DNA of 56,053 bases from Deltaproteobacteria bacterium (GTDB taxonomy: Bacteria > Myxococcota_A > Polyangia > Polyangiales > Houyiibacteriaceae): the NCBI GenBank assembly GCA_034670305.1, contig JAXMNT010000049.1:1-56053 (forward strand), in the 5' to 3' direction. The notes beneath the pieces were generated by a model. It made no database searches and was not told the DNA's origin. It was given only the letters and a program-made list of their open reading frames with translations. Every line of letters begins with the position of its first letter. Positions within the stretch are counted from its first letter, which is position 1. The translations under genes and the position numbers were made by a program. Shown here in pieces: positions 41,168 through 50,484 of the stretch.

Positions 41168-41263
41168 GCCGGTACCATACCCGGAATCGCGCCCAAGACG
41201 ACCCGCGTTCCGCAAGAAGTCTGGCCGGCCTGAACGACCGTCCCCAACGAGGGATGCGCCAGG

Positions 41264-43822
41264 CTAAAGCACGCGGATGGCGTCGTCGCTGCCTGCCGCG
41301 CCGGCCGTACCCGACGCGCTGGGCGAGAACCCACCGCCCCCGCCGGCCCCCGCCACGCCCACGCGGTCGATCGTCACGGTCGAGAGCGCGTCCACGTACG
41401 CCGCGGGCGACCCGCCCTGAGGCACCACCGCGATGCCGTGGGTGCTTCCGCCGCAGCCGCCGCCGCCGCCGCCGCCCGCGCCGCCACGACCACCGTCGCC
41501 GCCACGCGCACCGTTGCGGGCGCACCAGTGTCGTCCGTTGCCGCCGTTCGCGCCGCTGCCCGCCGCACCGCCGGACGCGCCTTGGCCGCCGCGACCACCG
41601 CGGCCCGCGCTCGCGGTCACCACGCGCACGTCGGTGAACGAGGGACCCGCGCCGAGGCCGGGCCCGAGCCGAACCAACACCGCGACCGAGCCACCGCCGC
41701 CGGTGCCGCCGGTGGCGCCGGGCGAACCGCAGCCGCCGCTCCCGCCGCCGCCGCCACTTCCGCCCGAGTGATCCGTGCAGCTGCCGGAGGTGCCGCCGAT
41801 GACTTCGTAGCCTCCGCCGCTCGTGCCGCCGCCGCCGCCGGCCCCGTTCGTGCCATCGGTGCCGCCGCTCCCTGCCACGCCCGCGAGCGTGCCCGAGGCC
41901 GGATCGAAGCGCGGTACGCCTCGGCAGCCCGAGCCGCCGGTGCCGTCGACGCCTTCCGATCCGTCGGCGCCGGGGTCGCCGTTGCGCTGGAGGGTCGGGT
42001 TGTCGTCGCAGAAGTTGCAGACGCCGCGGTTGGTCGGCGCGTTGTAGGTCCGCGCACCCGCCGCACCGGCTCCGACGCCCCGCCCGCTCTCCGCGGCCGG
42101 GTTCGGCACCGCGGCCGCCATCATCGCCGGGAAGTCACAGACGCCCCCGACCGTGTAATCGGTGCAGCCCGAGTTGCCGCATGCGCGCCCGTTGACGCAG
42201 CCGGTCTCGGGGCACGCGCTGCCGCCGCCCGCGCCACCGCTGACGTTGGTGGTGTCTGGGCAGGTGCGCGCGCCAGCGTTGCCACCCACCACGGGGTTGC
42301 AGGTGCCTGCGAGCGTGCCCGGGAACCCCGTCGTGCCGTCGCGCCCATCGAGGTCCGCAAGCGCCGCGCCAAATCGGTCGCGCAACACTTCGCTCGCGGT
42401 CAGTCCACTGATCCCATCGGCCCCGCGTCCCGCCAACACGACGGTCGCCGCGAAGCCGACCTCCGGGCCACAGCCATCGGAGAACAGCGCCGTGCTTCCT
42501 CGGCCGGGCCGCGTCGCGTCGCTGCCGTGGATCTCGAAACCTTCGAAGCGCGTCTCTTCGCGAATGCCCTCGCAGCGAACCACCGGTGCCCCGGGTTCCC
42601 CGCGGGTGTGTTCGAGCACGACCGGGAAGAGCGTGAGGTCTCGGTCCCGGAAGTCCGGCCGGTAGCCTCCGTACGCCGAGACCCCGGGGACGAGGGTCAC
42701 CTCCGCGTCGTAGACGCCGCGGGAGACGAGCACGTCTTTCTCTTCGGCCGCGCCGCGTCCAAGCGCGCCTTGCAGTGTGCGCATCGGACGCTCGAGGGTG
42801 CCGGGGTTGGTGTCGCTTCCCGTCGTCGCCACGTAGACGTAGTCGTTGGTCTCGTCCGGCGCGCCGTCGCAGTCGGCGTCGCCGCCCACGACCGGTGGCG
42901 GTCCTTCGCCGTCGAACCGTTCGCACTCGCACCCGTTCGCGAGGATGCCGTCCACATCGACGAACCCTTCCAGACACTCGACGACGCACTCCACGGCGCT
43001 CGGGCCTTCACCACGGGGTTCGCAGAGCGCGGACATGTTGGGTCCGGGTTCCACGCACGGGATGGCGCACCCACCACAGTGCAGGCGGTCGATGTAACGG
43101 CCCGCTTCGTCCCGGAAGTCCTCGTCGACTTCGAAGTCGCAATCGTCGTCCTGGTCGTTGCAGGTCTCGACGAGGATCGGTTCGCACGCGCCGATGCCCT
43201 CTTCGGTACAGCGCTGCACGCCCGCGCACGAGTAGTCCGGGTCGCGTTCCACGAGGCACGCGAGCTCCGCGCCAATGGTCTCTTCGGTGCAGCCGCAGAT
43301 CCCGGTCGAAGGCGAACACAATCCATCCCCGCCGCAATCGAAGCCTGGCGGACATCCGAAGGTGCCGTCGCACGCGGACAGACACCGGCGTTCGCCGGTG
43401 GGCATCTCCCGGCACGCCGCACCCGGTTCGCGGAGCGTGCAGTCTTCGTCTTCGGTGCAGGTCAGACAGAGCGAGACGACGTCGGGTGCGCACGCGCCGT
43501 CGCCCGCGCGGTGCCAACCGGCGGGACACGCGACGATCACGCAGGCCGCGGTCCCCCGTTCCCGGTCGACTTCGCACGCGGTCTCCGCCGCGGTGGGAAA
43601 GACGGCGGGGCAAGCGACGTTGCAGCCGCCGCAGTGTTCGAGCGTCGCGTAGATGCCGTCTTCGTCGAGAAAGTCCTCGTCGATGATCCGGTCGCAATCC
43701 TGATCGTCGTAGTCGCAGATCTCGGGACCGCACTCGTGCGAGTCGTAGCAGCCGCTCGCCAAGAGTGGCGCGGTCAGCAGCACGAGCGAGGTCCATGGAA
43801 GACGTTCAACGCACCACGACAT
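41264..43822 (-). CDS. Cys-rich, Gly-rich surface lipoprotein (paralogue B)
   Basis: Lipobox LASGC; CDxxDxDCDxxxDE motifs; HCGGC repeats; YVATTGSDTNPGTLERP beta-helix-type start; Gly-rich tail. Confidence 0.85.
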   Translation of the reverse strand: MSWCVERLPWTSLVLLTAPLLASGCYDSHECGPEICDYDDQDCDRIIDEDFLDEDGIYATLEHCGGCNVACPAVFPTAAETACEVDRERGTAACVIVACPAGWHRAGDGACAPDVVSLCLTCTEDEDCTLREPGAACREMPTGERRCLSACDGTFGCPPGFDCGGDGLCSPSTGICGCTEETIGAELACLVERDPDYSCAGVQRCTEEGIGACEPILVETCNDQDDDCDFEVDEDFRDEAGRYIDRLHCGGCAIPCVEPGPNMSALCEPRGEGPSAVECVVECLEGFVDVDGILANGCECERFDGEGPPPVVGGDADCDGAPDETNDYVYVATTGSDTNPGTLERPMRTLQGALGRGAAEEKDVLVSRGVYDAEVTLVPGVSAYGGYRPDFRDRDLTLFPVVLEHTRGEPGAPVVRCEGIREETRFEGFEIHGSDATRPGRGSTALFSDGCGPEVGFAATVVLAGRGADGISGLTASEVLRDRFGAALADLDGRDGTTGFPGTLAGTCNPVVGGNAGARTCPDTTNVSGGAGGGSACPETGCVNGRACGNSGCTDYTVGGVCDFPAMMAAAVPNPAAESGRGVGAGAAGARTYNAPTNRGVCNFCDDNPTLQRNGDPGADGSEGVDGTGGSGCRGVPRFDPASGTLAGVAGSGGTDGTNGAGGGGGTSGGGYEVIGGTSGSCTDHSGGSGGGGGSGGCGSPGATGGTGGGGSVAVLVRLGPGLGAGPSFTDVRVVTASAGRGGRGGQGASGGAAGSGANGGNGRHWCARNGARGGDGGRGGAGGGGGGGCGGSTHGIAVVPQGGSPAAYVDALSTVTIDRVGVAGAGGGGGFSPSASGTAGAAGSDDAIRVL

Positions 43823-46364
43823 CGTTCGCCCCCCCTTCCGCACCATCGCCCCCAGGCGCGCCACCGCCGCCGCCGCGGCCGGGCAAGCCGCCGAGCCCGA
43901 GCCGGAACTCGTTGTCGGCGCGCCACGCGCTCACGTCGACGAGGCCGCCCTCGACCCAGATGCCGATCGACCCACCGCCGCAGCCCGCGCCGCCTCCGCC
44001 GCCGGGCCCGCCATCGCCGCCGCGACCTCCGCGCCCGCCTGGGAACGGGGCCGACAAGGTCGGGGTGATGCGTTCTTCCAGGGCAAGTGCTTGGCCGAGG
44101 CCACCCGCGCTTCCGCGTCCACCGTCGCCGCCCGCGCCGCCATCGCCACCGCGGCCGCCGTCGCTCGGCCACAGCACGACGTCGTTCATCGTGAACGCGT
44201 CGATCGGACCATCGTCTCGGTAGAACACCAGCACCGCCACCGACGGAGCACCGCTGGTTCCGGGGGTTCCCGGCAACCCACCACATCCGCCTGCGCCACC
44301 GCCGCCACCCCCGCCGCCGAGGCCGTCGACGAACTGACACTCGGCGTCCACCCAGGTGATCGCGCTGCCGCCGCCGGCACCGCCGCCGCCGCCGCCGCTG
44401 CCGGGCGTGCCGCGGCTCCCGTCGCCCGCGTCGTCCGGCACCCAGAGCTCCCCTTCGAAGCGACCGAGCGCCGTCGAACATCCGCCGCCTCCGGTGCCCG
44501 CGCGTCCGTCGCCACCTGGGTTGCCGGACTGAGGCCCCGAGAAGTCGGTCGGCACGGTGAAGTCCGCGAGCCCGCAGCAGATGCCTTCGGGACAGCTCGG
44601 GCCGCCCATGATCGGTCCCATCGAATCTTGTCCGCCCACACCCCCGGTACCTGGCGCGGGACCACGCCCGGCTTGCCCGCGCGGCTGAAACTCAGCGAAC
44701 GTCGGGCAGCTCGACGAGCCTCCGCGGCCCCCGCTCACTTCGAGTGCCCCGCAGGTGTTGCGGGCGCCCTCGCCACCGGCCACCACATTCGCGTCGGTGC
44801 GCAGGCAACTGTGACTCGCGTTCTCCACCGCACCGCGCGGTCGTTGTCCTTCCCCCGCTTCGGCCATCGCGGGCTCCCCTGCGATCCCCGTGTCCCCGTC
44901 CGCACCCGCACCCGGCACGCCCGCGCGCACCGTCATCGTGGAGAGCCGGAGTTGGCCGCCGACATCGCGAAGGATCATGCCGAAGGTCGCTTCGGAGGGC
45001 GCGAGGGCGTCGCGGCCGATGAGCGTGACCCACTCGAGCACGGTCTCGGTCGCGCCGGCGGCGTTGGCGAACACCGCGGCGCCGCCTGGGGTGAGTGTGT
45101 CGAGCGGCGCGCGGATCTCCACGCGGAACCCGTTCGGTTCGAGCGCGAGGAAATCGCGGCGGTAGCCGCCGTGCACGAAGATGCCGTCGGGCAACTCGAC
45201 GGACTCCGGGTAGCTGCCCGAAGCGATGAACACGTGCCGGCGAGGACCACCCGCCGCCACTTCCGCTGCGGCCCGCGCAAAACCTTCGGTCACGGTGCGG
45301 AGCGGTCTGGTCGGTGAACCGGGGCCGGTGTCGTCGCCGTCCGGCGCCACATAGAACGAGTCGACCACGATGCCGTCCGCGCCGTCGCAGTTGACGTCGA
45401 GCATCTCGCCCATGGCCCCGACGGGGCCCGGCACATCGTTGAGCGAACCCACGGTGCACTCGCAGCCAGTGGCGATGTCGCGGTCGGCGTCGATGCGATC
45501 GCCCGGCATGATTCCATCGGCCGCGTCGGGGCACGCGAGTACGCATTGCGGCGCGAACGGGTCTCCACCGCAGACGAGGTCGCCTTCTGGGATCACGCTC
45601 TCGGTGCAGTCGACGCCACACTCGCCGCAGTTGTGCACGTCCACGATGTACGCGCCGCGTTCGTCGACGAACCCTTCGTCCGAGATTCCGTCGCAGTCGT
45701 TGTCGACCTCGTCGCAGACCTCGAGTGGCGCTTCGCACTCGGAGAGCGTCCCGAGGTCGCACACCTGTGCGCCCGGACAACGTTCGCCTTCCGGATCCAT
45801 GAGCGCGCACGCCAGATCGAACCGGTCGTCCGGCCCACAGTGGCAGCTGCCGCCGGTCGGCACGCAGCGGTCGCCGGTGCACGCGTAGTCTTCCGGGCAT
45901 CCGAAGTCGCAGCCGACCACACAGCGCAACTCGCCGCCCACGTCGTCGCATCGGGCGATCGCCACGTCGCCACAGTCTCCGTCGTCGGTGCAGCTCATGC
46001 ACAGGTGATCGAAGAGCGGCACGCAGCGGCCGGTGGACGAAGGCGCGAACCCGTCTTCACAGAGGGTCGCCGCGCACACCGCGGTGTCGTCGATGACCGT
46101 GCACTCCGTCGCCAGTTCGAACGGCCGCGTCGGTGCGCAGACTTGGTCGCAGCCGCCGCAATGAGAAGGATGCAGATACCGACCCGCGTCGTCGCGAAAG
46201 TCTTCGTCGACCGCGCCATCGAAGTCTTCGTCGAGACCCGAACAACGTTCGGGTCCGGGCAGCGGTCGGTCCAGCACATCCGCGTCGACGCGGTCCTCGA
46301 GCGGGGTCCGGGCCCCACAGGCGACGCACAACAGAAGGAGAAGAAAAGGGGTGAACCCGCGCAC
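43806..46364 (-). CDS. Cys-rich, Gly-rich surface lipoprotein (paralogue A)
   Basis: Lipobox CVAC; same motif order as the neighbour (EVCDEVDNDCDGISDE, NCGECG, YVAPDGDDTGPGSPTRP, GGYRRDF). Confidence 0.85.
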   Translation of the reverse strand: MRGFTPFLLLLLCVACGARTPLEDRVDADVLDRPLPGPERCSGLDEDFDGAVDEDFRDDAGRYLHPSHCGGCDQVCAPTRPFELATECTVIDDTAVCAATLCEDGFAPSSTGRCVPLFDHLCMSCTDDGDCGDVAIARCDDVGGELRCVVGCDFGCPEDYACTGDRCVPTGGSCHCGPDDRFDLACALMDPEGERCPGAQVCDLGTLSECEAPLEVCDEVDNDCDGISDEGFVDERGAYIVDVHNCGECGVDCTESVIPEGDLVCGGDPFAPQCVLACPDAADGIMPGDRIDADRDIATGCECTVGSLNDVPGPVGAMGEMLDVNCDGADGIVVDSFYVAPDGDDTGPGSPTRPLRTVTEGFARAAAEVAAGGPRRHVFIASGSYPESVELPDGIFVHGGYRRDFLALEPNGFRVEIRAPLDTLTPGGAAVFANAAGATETVLEWVTLIGRDALAPSEATFGMILRDVGGQLRLSTMTVRAGVPGAGADGDTGIAGEPAMAEAGEGQRPRGAVENASHSCLRTDANVVAGGEGARNTCGALEVSGGRGGSSSCPTFAEFQPRGQAGRGPAPGTGGVGGQDSMGPIMGGPSCPEGICCGLADFTVPTDFSGPQSGNPGGDGRAGTGGGGCSTALGRFEGELWVPDDAGDGSRGTPGSGGGGGGAGGGSAITWVDAECQFVDGLGGGGGGGGAGGCGGLPGTPGTSGAPSVAVLVFYRDDGPIDAFTMNDVVLWPSDGGRGGDGGAGGDGGRGSAGGLGQALALEERITPTLSAPFPGGRGGRGGDGGPGGGGGAGCGGGSIGIWVEGGLVDVSAWRADNEFRLGLGGLPGRGGGGGAPGGDGAEGGANDVVVR

Positions 46365-46495
46365 GCGCGGGAGTGTAGCGGAGGCGGTGCCCGGCGCCCG
46401 TACTCATGACACCGGGTTTCGGCTCCTCCTCGGCCAACGGGTCCTCATGCGCGGACGCAGGATCCACCACCGACAACTGTGATATCAGCAGCATC

Positions 46496-47065
46496 GTGAA
46501 GGAAGGGTTTCGCAGCCAGCGCCTGTTGTTCCGGGTGCCGGGCGCCCACGACGCCGAGCGGATGCGGGCGTACTTCGATGAGAACCGAGCCCACCTCGAA
46601 CCCTGGGAGCCCGACCGCCCCGACGGCTTCTACACGACCGTGTTCTGGGAAGACCGGTTGCAGACCGCCGCCCTCGAGGCGCGCGAACGGGTGAGCCTGC
46701 GCCTCGTGTTGATCCAGTCCGAACGCATCGTCGGCACCGTCAATTTCGTCAACGTGATCCGCGGCGCGTTTCAGTCGTGCACCCTCGGCTACTCCATGGC
46801 GCACTACGCCCAAGGCAAAGGCCTGATGCGGGAGGCGCTGCTCGAGAGCATCCCCTTCGCATTCGACTACCTCGAGATGCACCGCATCCAAGCCGGCTAC
46901 CAGCCGCACAACGAACGCAGCGGCCGCCTGCTCGAGTCCCTAGGATTCGAGAAGGAGGGCTACGCCAAGGACTACCTCTGGATCGCAGGCAGCTGGCGAG
47001 ACCACATCATCACCGCCATTCGCCGCGACATGCCGCTCGGCGAACGGCGCATGCAAGGGGTCTGA
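46496..47065 (+). CDS. RimJ/RimL-type GNAT N-acetyltransferase
   Basis: NRAHLEPWEP, RGAFQSCTLGY, GKGLMREA, NERSGRLL and WRDH. GTG start is inferred. Confidence 0.9.
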   Translation: MKEGFRSQRLLFRVPGAHDAERMRAYFDENRAHLEPWEPDRPDGFYTTVFWEDRLQTAALEARERVSLRLVLIQSERIVGTVNFVNVIRGAFQSCTLGYSMAHYAQGKGLMREALLESIPFAFDYLEMHRIQAGYQPHNERSGRLLESLGFEKEGYAKDYLWIAGSWRDHIITAIRRDMPLGERRMQGV

Positions 47066-47097
47066 ACCGCCCGCGCCCTCACTCCCAGGGGGCAGGC

Positions 47098-49377
47098 CTA
47101 CTCGAAGGTGGGGAGGTTTCGGAAGTGGGTGGCCATCGACATGAAGCGGCCGCGGGTGGGCGCTTCTTGATGCTCCGCTTTGTCGTCGTCGGGCTGGAAA
47201 GGCTCGGCGGACTTGAGGCCCATCAGCGCGTTCGCGAGTTTGGTCAGTTCGACCACTTCACTGAACTCGTACGGGCCGTAGGGATCGCGCGACGGGGTGT
47301 ACTCGTCGAAGTACTTGTAGCCGGCCTGGGTGAAGGCGACGGCGGCGTTGAGGAACTTCGCCGACCAGCCCGCCATCTGGATCATGTAGAGCACGGCTTG
47401 GATGACGCCAAAGCCGGGCGAAGGTGCCTTCGGGGGCGCTTCCACCAGTCCGTTCTGCACGAGCGCCGTGACGAGCACGCCGGTGACCCAGTTCTGCAGC
47501 GCCTCGGCGTCGCTCTTCCACTCGGTCTTCTGCCAGTGATCGATCTTCAGTGCGCTGCCGGCGTAGAGCAGTTCGGAGAGCGTGGTCATCACCGCGACCA
47601 CCTTCGCCTGATCGACCGGCGGCGCAGAGCCGCCGGTTGGATCGACGAAGAGGTTCTGCAAGTCGGCCTCCGCTTCGGCGACGAGTTCTTCGGCCCAGCC
47701 GATCACCCGGTCGCCGATGGAAGGCTTCTCGCCGAGGCCGAGATCCGCGAGCACCTGTTCCGCCACGTAGTCGCCGCAGGTGATCGCACCGTCCATGTAC
47801 CCGAGCGACTGACGCCAGTCGCTGTAGAGGCCGGTCGCGCCGAGGTCCTTCCAGTTCGGCAGGAAGATTGGGAGCGGAGACGTGCGCTCCTCCATACGTT
47901 TTCGGGCGAGCTCTGCGCATGCGAAGTACACGCGGTCCGCGACCGGTTCGTCGAACGCTTTCGCGGGCGCGGAAGAACCGGTGAGCACGTTGGGTGGAAA
48001 CACCGTGTTGGGTCCGCCCGGGATGAGCGGCGTCTGCGGGTTCCACTCGAAGAAGAGCAAGTCCAGGTACTCGTCCGAGGTCGACAGGGCGCGGGTGTCG
48101 TTCATGAGGTTGCAGATGCCCTCGGTCACGAGCTTCACGACGTCTTCTTTGGTCGGGTTGTCGCCGAGCGCCTTGGCTTCGTCCCCGATGGTGAAGGTCA
48201 TCAAGCAGAAGCAGCCTTGATCGGCGTACGCGGGCGGTGGACCGACCGGGCTGTAGTCCATCACCCAGATCACCGGGTAGTCGTTGGCGCCGCAGTAGCC
48301 GGTGTACTGCGGCACGCCTTCCTTCTGCGGGTCGGCGCTCTCCGAGACGTTCCGCCACCAGGGCGACTTGTAGAAGACCTGGCACTTGAGCGTGATGCCC
48401 ATCGGCTGGTCGAGCACCGACTGCCACGCGGCGGGAAGCGCCGGTTCGAACGTGACCTCGTGGGCGCTCGCGGGTGAGGTCGCGATCACGACGCGCTTGC
48501 CGGTGTGCACCCCTTTGGACGTAGTGACCGTGACTCCGTCGTCTCCGTACGCGACCGACTGCACGACTTCGCCAAAGGAGATCTTGTCCTTGTAGTTGGC
48601 GACCAGTTTGTCGATCAGCGTGTCGATGCCGCAGGCCAGGTAGTACTGCTGCGGCCCGTCGTTCTCGTCGTTGACCTCGTTGAGGAACCCGCCGTTGCAG
48701 GCGCAGTACCAGAAGAAGTAGAACGCCGAGATCTCCTCGGGCTGCACGCTGAGCACCGCCTCGACGGACACCTTCATGAGCGAACGCGCACCGGGCGGGA
48801 GCCCGAAGGAGTCGATCCACTCGGCCATCGTCACCTTGTCGAGATCGGTGACGAACTTCGGCGAGTTCCAGGGTTCGAGCACGTTGATCGCCTGCTCGAA
48901 CGCTTCGACCGCCTGGATGTAGATCAACGAGCCGATGAGATCCCAGAGGTTCAAGTCCGGGGGGACACCGCCGATGCCGAACAGGCAGTTGTCGCGGTCG
49001 TACTGGTAGCGCTTGCCCGCCACCATCATGACCTGGGTCTTGTACGGATAGCGCGCCGCGAATCCGTCGACCAGATCGTTCGCGTCGATGAGTCCGAGTT
49101 CGATCGCTTGCTGGACGACGTTCCAAATCGCGGTCTGTTCTTTGCCGATGTACTGCGCGCCGTGCTCGAAGTGGGTCGTCTGTTCGTTCCCGTCCGCGTC
49201 CTTCCAGGTGTACGGGTAGCTGTACGCGCGTCCACCGAGCCGGTCCGCGTGACCTTCGAGCAAGACGTAGCGGACGGGCTTGCCCGGAAACGCCGCGTTG
49301 TGTTTCTCAAACGCCAGGGCGGTGCTCACACCGGTCCAGCCGCCACCTACGATCACCACGTCGACTTCGTTCCCCAC
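47098..49377 (-). CDS. Flavin monoamine oxidase-family protein with a long C-terminal extension
   Basis: GGGWTG, RLGGR, EHGAQYIG and GYMDGA; GAAGGAG precedes GTG 49377. Confidence 0.87.
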   Translation of the reverse strand: MGNEVDVVIVGGGWTGVSTALAFEKHNAAFPGKPVRYVLLEGHADRLGGRAYSYPYTWKDADGNEQTTHFEHGAQYIGKEQTAIWNVVQQAIELGLIDANDLVDGFAARYPYKTQVMMVAGKRYQYDRDNCLFGIGGVPPDLNLWDLIGSLIYIQAVEAFEQAINVLEPWNSPKFVTDLDKVTMAEWIDSFGLPPGARSLMKVSVEAVLSVQPEEISAFYFFWYCACNGGFLNEVNDENDGPQQYYLACGIDTLIDKLVANYKDKISFGEVVQSVAYGDDGVTVTTSKGVHTGKRVVIATSPASAHEVTFEPALPAAWQSVLDQPMGITLKCQVFYKSPWWRNVSESADPQKEGVPQYTGYCGANDYPVIWVMDYSPVGPPPAYADQGCFCLMTFTIGDEAKALGDNPTKEDVVKLVTEGICNLMNDTRALSTSDEYLDLLFFEWNPQTPLIPGGPNTVFPPNVLTGSSAPAKAFDEPVADRVYFACAELARKRMEERTSPLPIFLPNWKDLGATGLYSDWRQSLGYMDGAITCGDYVAEQVLADLGLGEKPSIGDRVIGWAEELVAEAEADLQNLFVDPTGGSAPPVDQAKVVAVMTTLSELLYAGSALKIDHWQKTEWKSDAEALQNWVTGVLVTALVQNGLVEAPPKAPSPGFGVIQAVLYMIQMAGWSAKFLNAAVAFTQAGYKYFDEYTPSRDPYGPYEFSEVVELTKLANALMGLKSAEPFQPDDDKAEHQEAPTRGRFMSMATHFRNLPTFE

Positions 49378-49467
49378 GGACAACTCCTTCGGTTTGCGTT
49401 CCCCGGCGCATCATAGAGGCGTCTTCGCGCGCTTTGGGTGCGAAAGTCGTCGACGCACCGACACCGG

Positions 49468-50376
49468 CTACGGGAGCGCGAACGTGGCCACGACCGGCAG
49501 GTGGTCGGATACTTCGACGAGGTACCGGGGCACGGTGCGTTCGAGGTGACTCACGGCGGTGACGCCTTCGCCGTACTCGTCGAGCGCGTCGCGGGTCACG
49601 AGGATGTGGTCGATGAAGCTCTCGAACCTCGGGAACGTGTAGTCGCCCTCCGCCACGGCCGCCGCGGTGAGAAATCGAAAGCGGTCGTCCTCCAAGAGTG
49701 GCCCGTAGACGTTGGAGTCCGGCGGGTCGTCGAGCAGGTCGTTGAAGTCGCCGACCACCACGATGTCTTGTTCGGGGCCCTCGAGCTGCTCGGTCATCCA
49801 CGCCTCGAGCCGCTCGATCGCCGCCACGCGCCTCTGCTGGCTCTCCAGATCCGTGCGCGCTTTGAGGTGCACGACAACGAACAGGAAATCGAACGCCACC
49901 GTGCCATCGGCCCGAAGAACCTCCAGCTGCGCTTTGATCGGATCCCGCGGGTACGCGTAGTCGTCGTCCCGGAAGAGCCGGTCGATCTCAGAGACCCGAA
50001 TCCGTTCCGGATCGTAGAGGAACCCGACCCGGGTGAAACCGTCGCTGCCGAACGATACGATCTGCTCGAAGTCGAGCGCGCTCGCGAGTGTCTCAAACGT
50101 CTCTCGGTCCCGAATTTCTTGTACGCCCACGACGTCCAGGTCCAGCTCCCGAACCAGCCGTGCGACGCTGGGCACGGTGCTCGAGGTGAGCGGAAACTGC
50201 TCGAGGTTCCAAGTCGCGAGGCGGAACGCGCCGTCGCCGAGCGTCGATGCGTCCATGGGCGCGTCGGGTGGGCCCACGTCCCTCGCCGGCGCTCCGGAAT
50301 CCAACCCGCTTTCGGTGGACCAGGACTCGAAACATCCCACACCGAAGACGAGCAAGAGGCAGAACAGAACGCGCAT
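49468..50376 (-). CDS. Endonuclease/exonuclease/phosphatase (DNase I-like) lipoprotein
   Basis: Lipobox GVGC; ATWNLE, VQEI, VHLKA, GDFND, IDHI and SDHLP. Confidence 0.92.
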   Translation of the reverse strand: MRVLFCLLLVFGVGCFESWSTESGLDSGAPARDVGPPDAPMDASTLGDGAFRLATWNLEQFPLTSSTVPSVARLVRELDLDVVGVQEIRDRETFETLASALDFEQIVSFGSDGFTRVGFLYDPERIRVSEIDRLFRDDDYAYPRDPIKAQLEVLRADGTVAFDFLFVVVHLKARTDLESQQRRVAAIERLEAWMTEQLEGPEQDIVVVGDFNDLLDDPPDSNVYGPLLEDDRFRFLTAAAVAEGDYTFPRFESFIDHILVTRDALDEYGEGVTAVSHLERTVPRYLVEVSDHLPVVATFALP

Positions 50377-50484
50377 CGGGCGCACCATACCTCTTCTGCT
50401 CTCCTCCGGCCGCCACCCAACGATGCCCCACCCGCCCGCCCCACGACGACGTATCCTCCACCCACGCGACCTGCGCGACCCATC

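Noticed and set aside
49438-50484. N-terminal ~350 aa of the 1587-aa kinase ORF, and similar extensions at 18070, 19603, 24611, 25198, 30249, 38213 and 51456
   Set aside because: They overlap real genes on the opposite strand or in another frame; starts were trimmed to where domain motifs and start signals begin.
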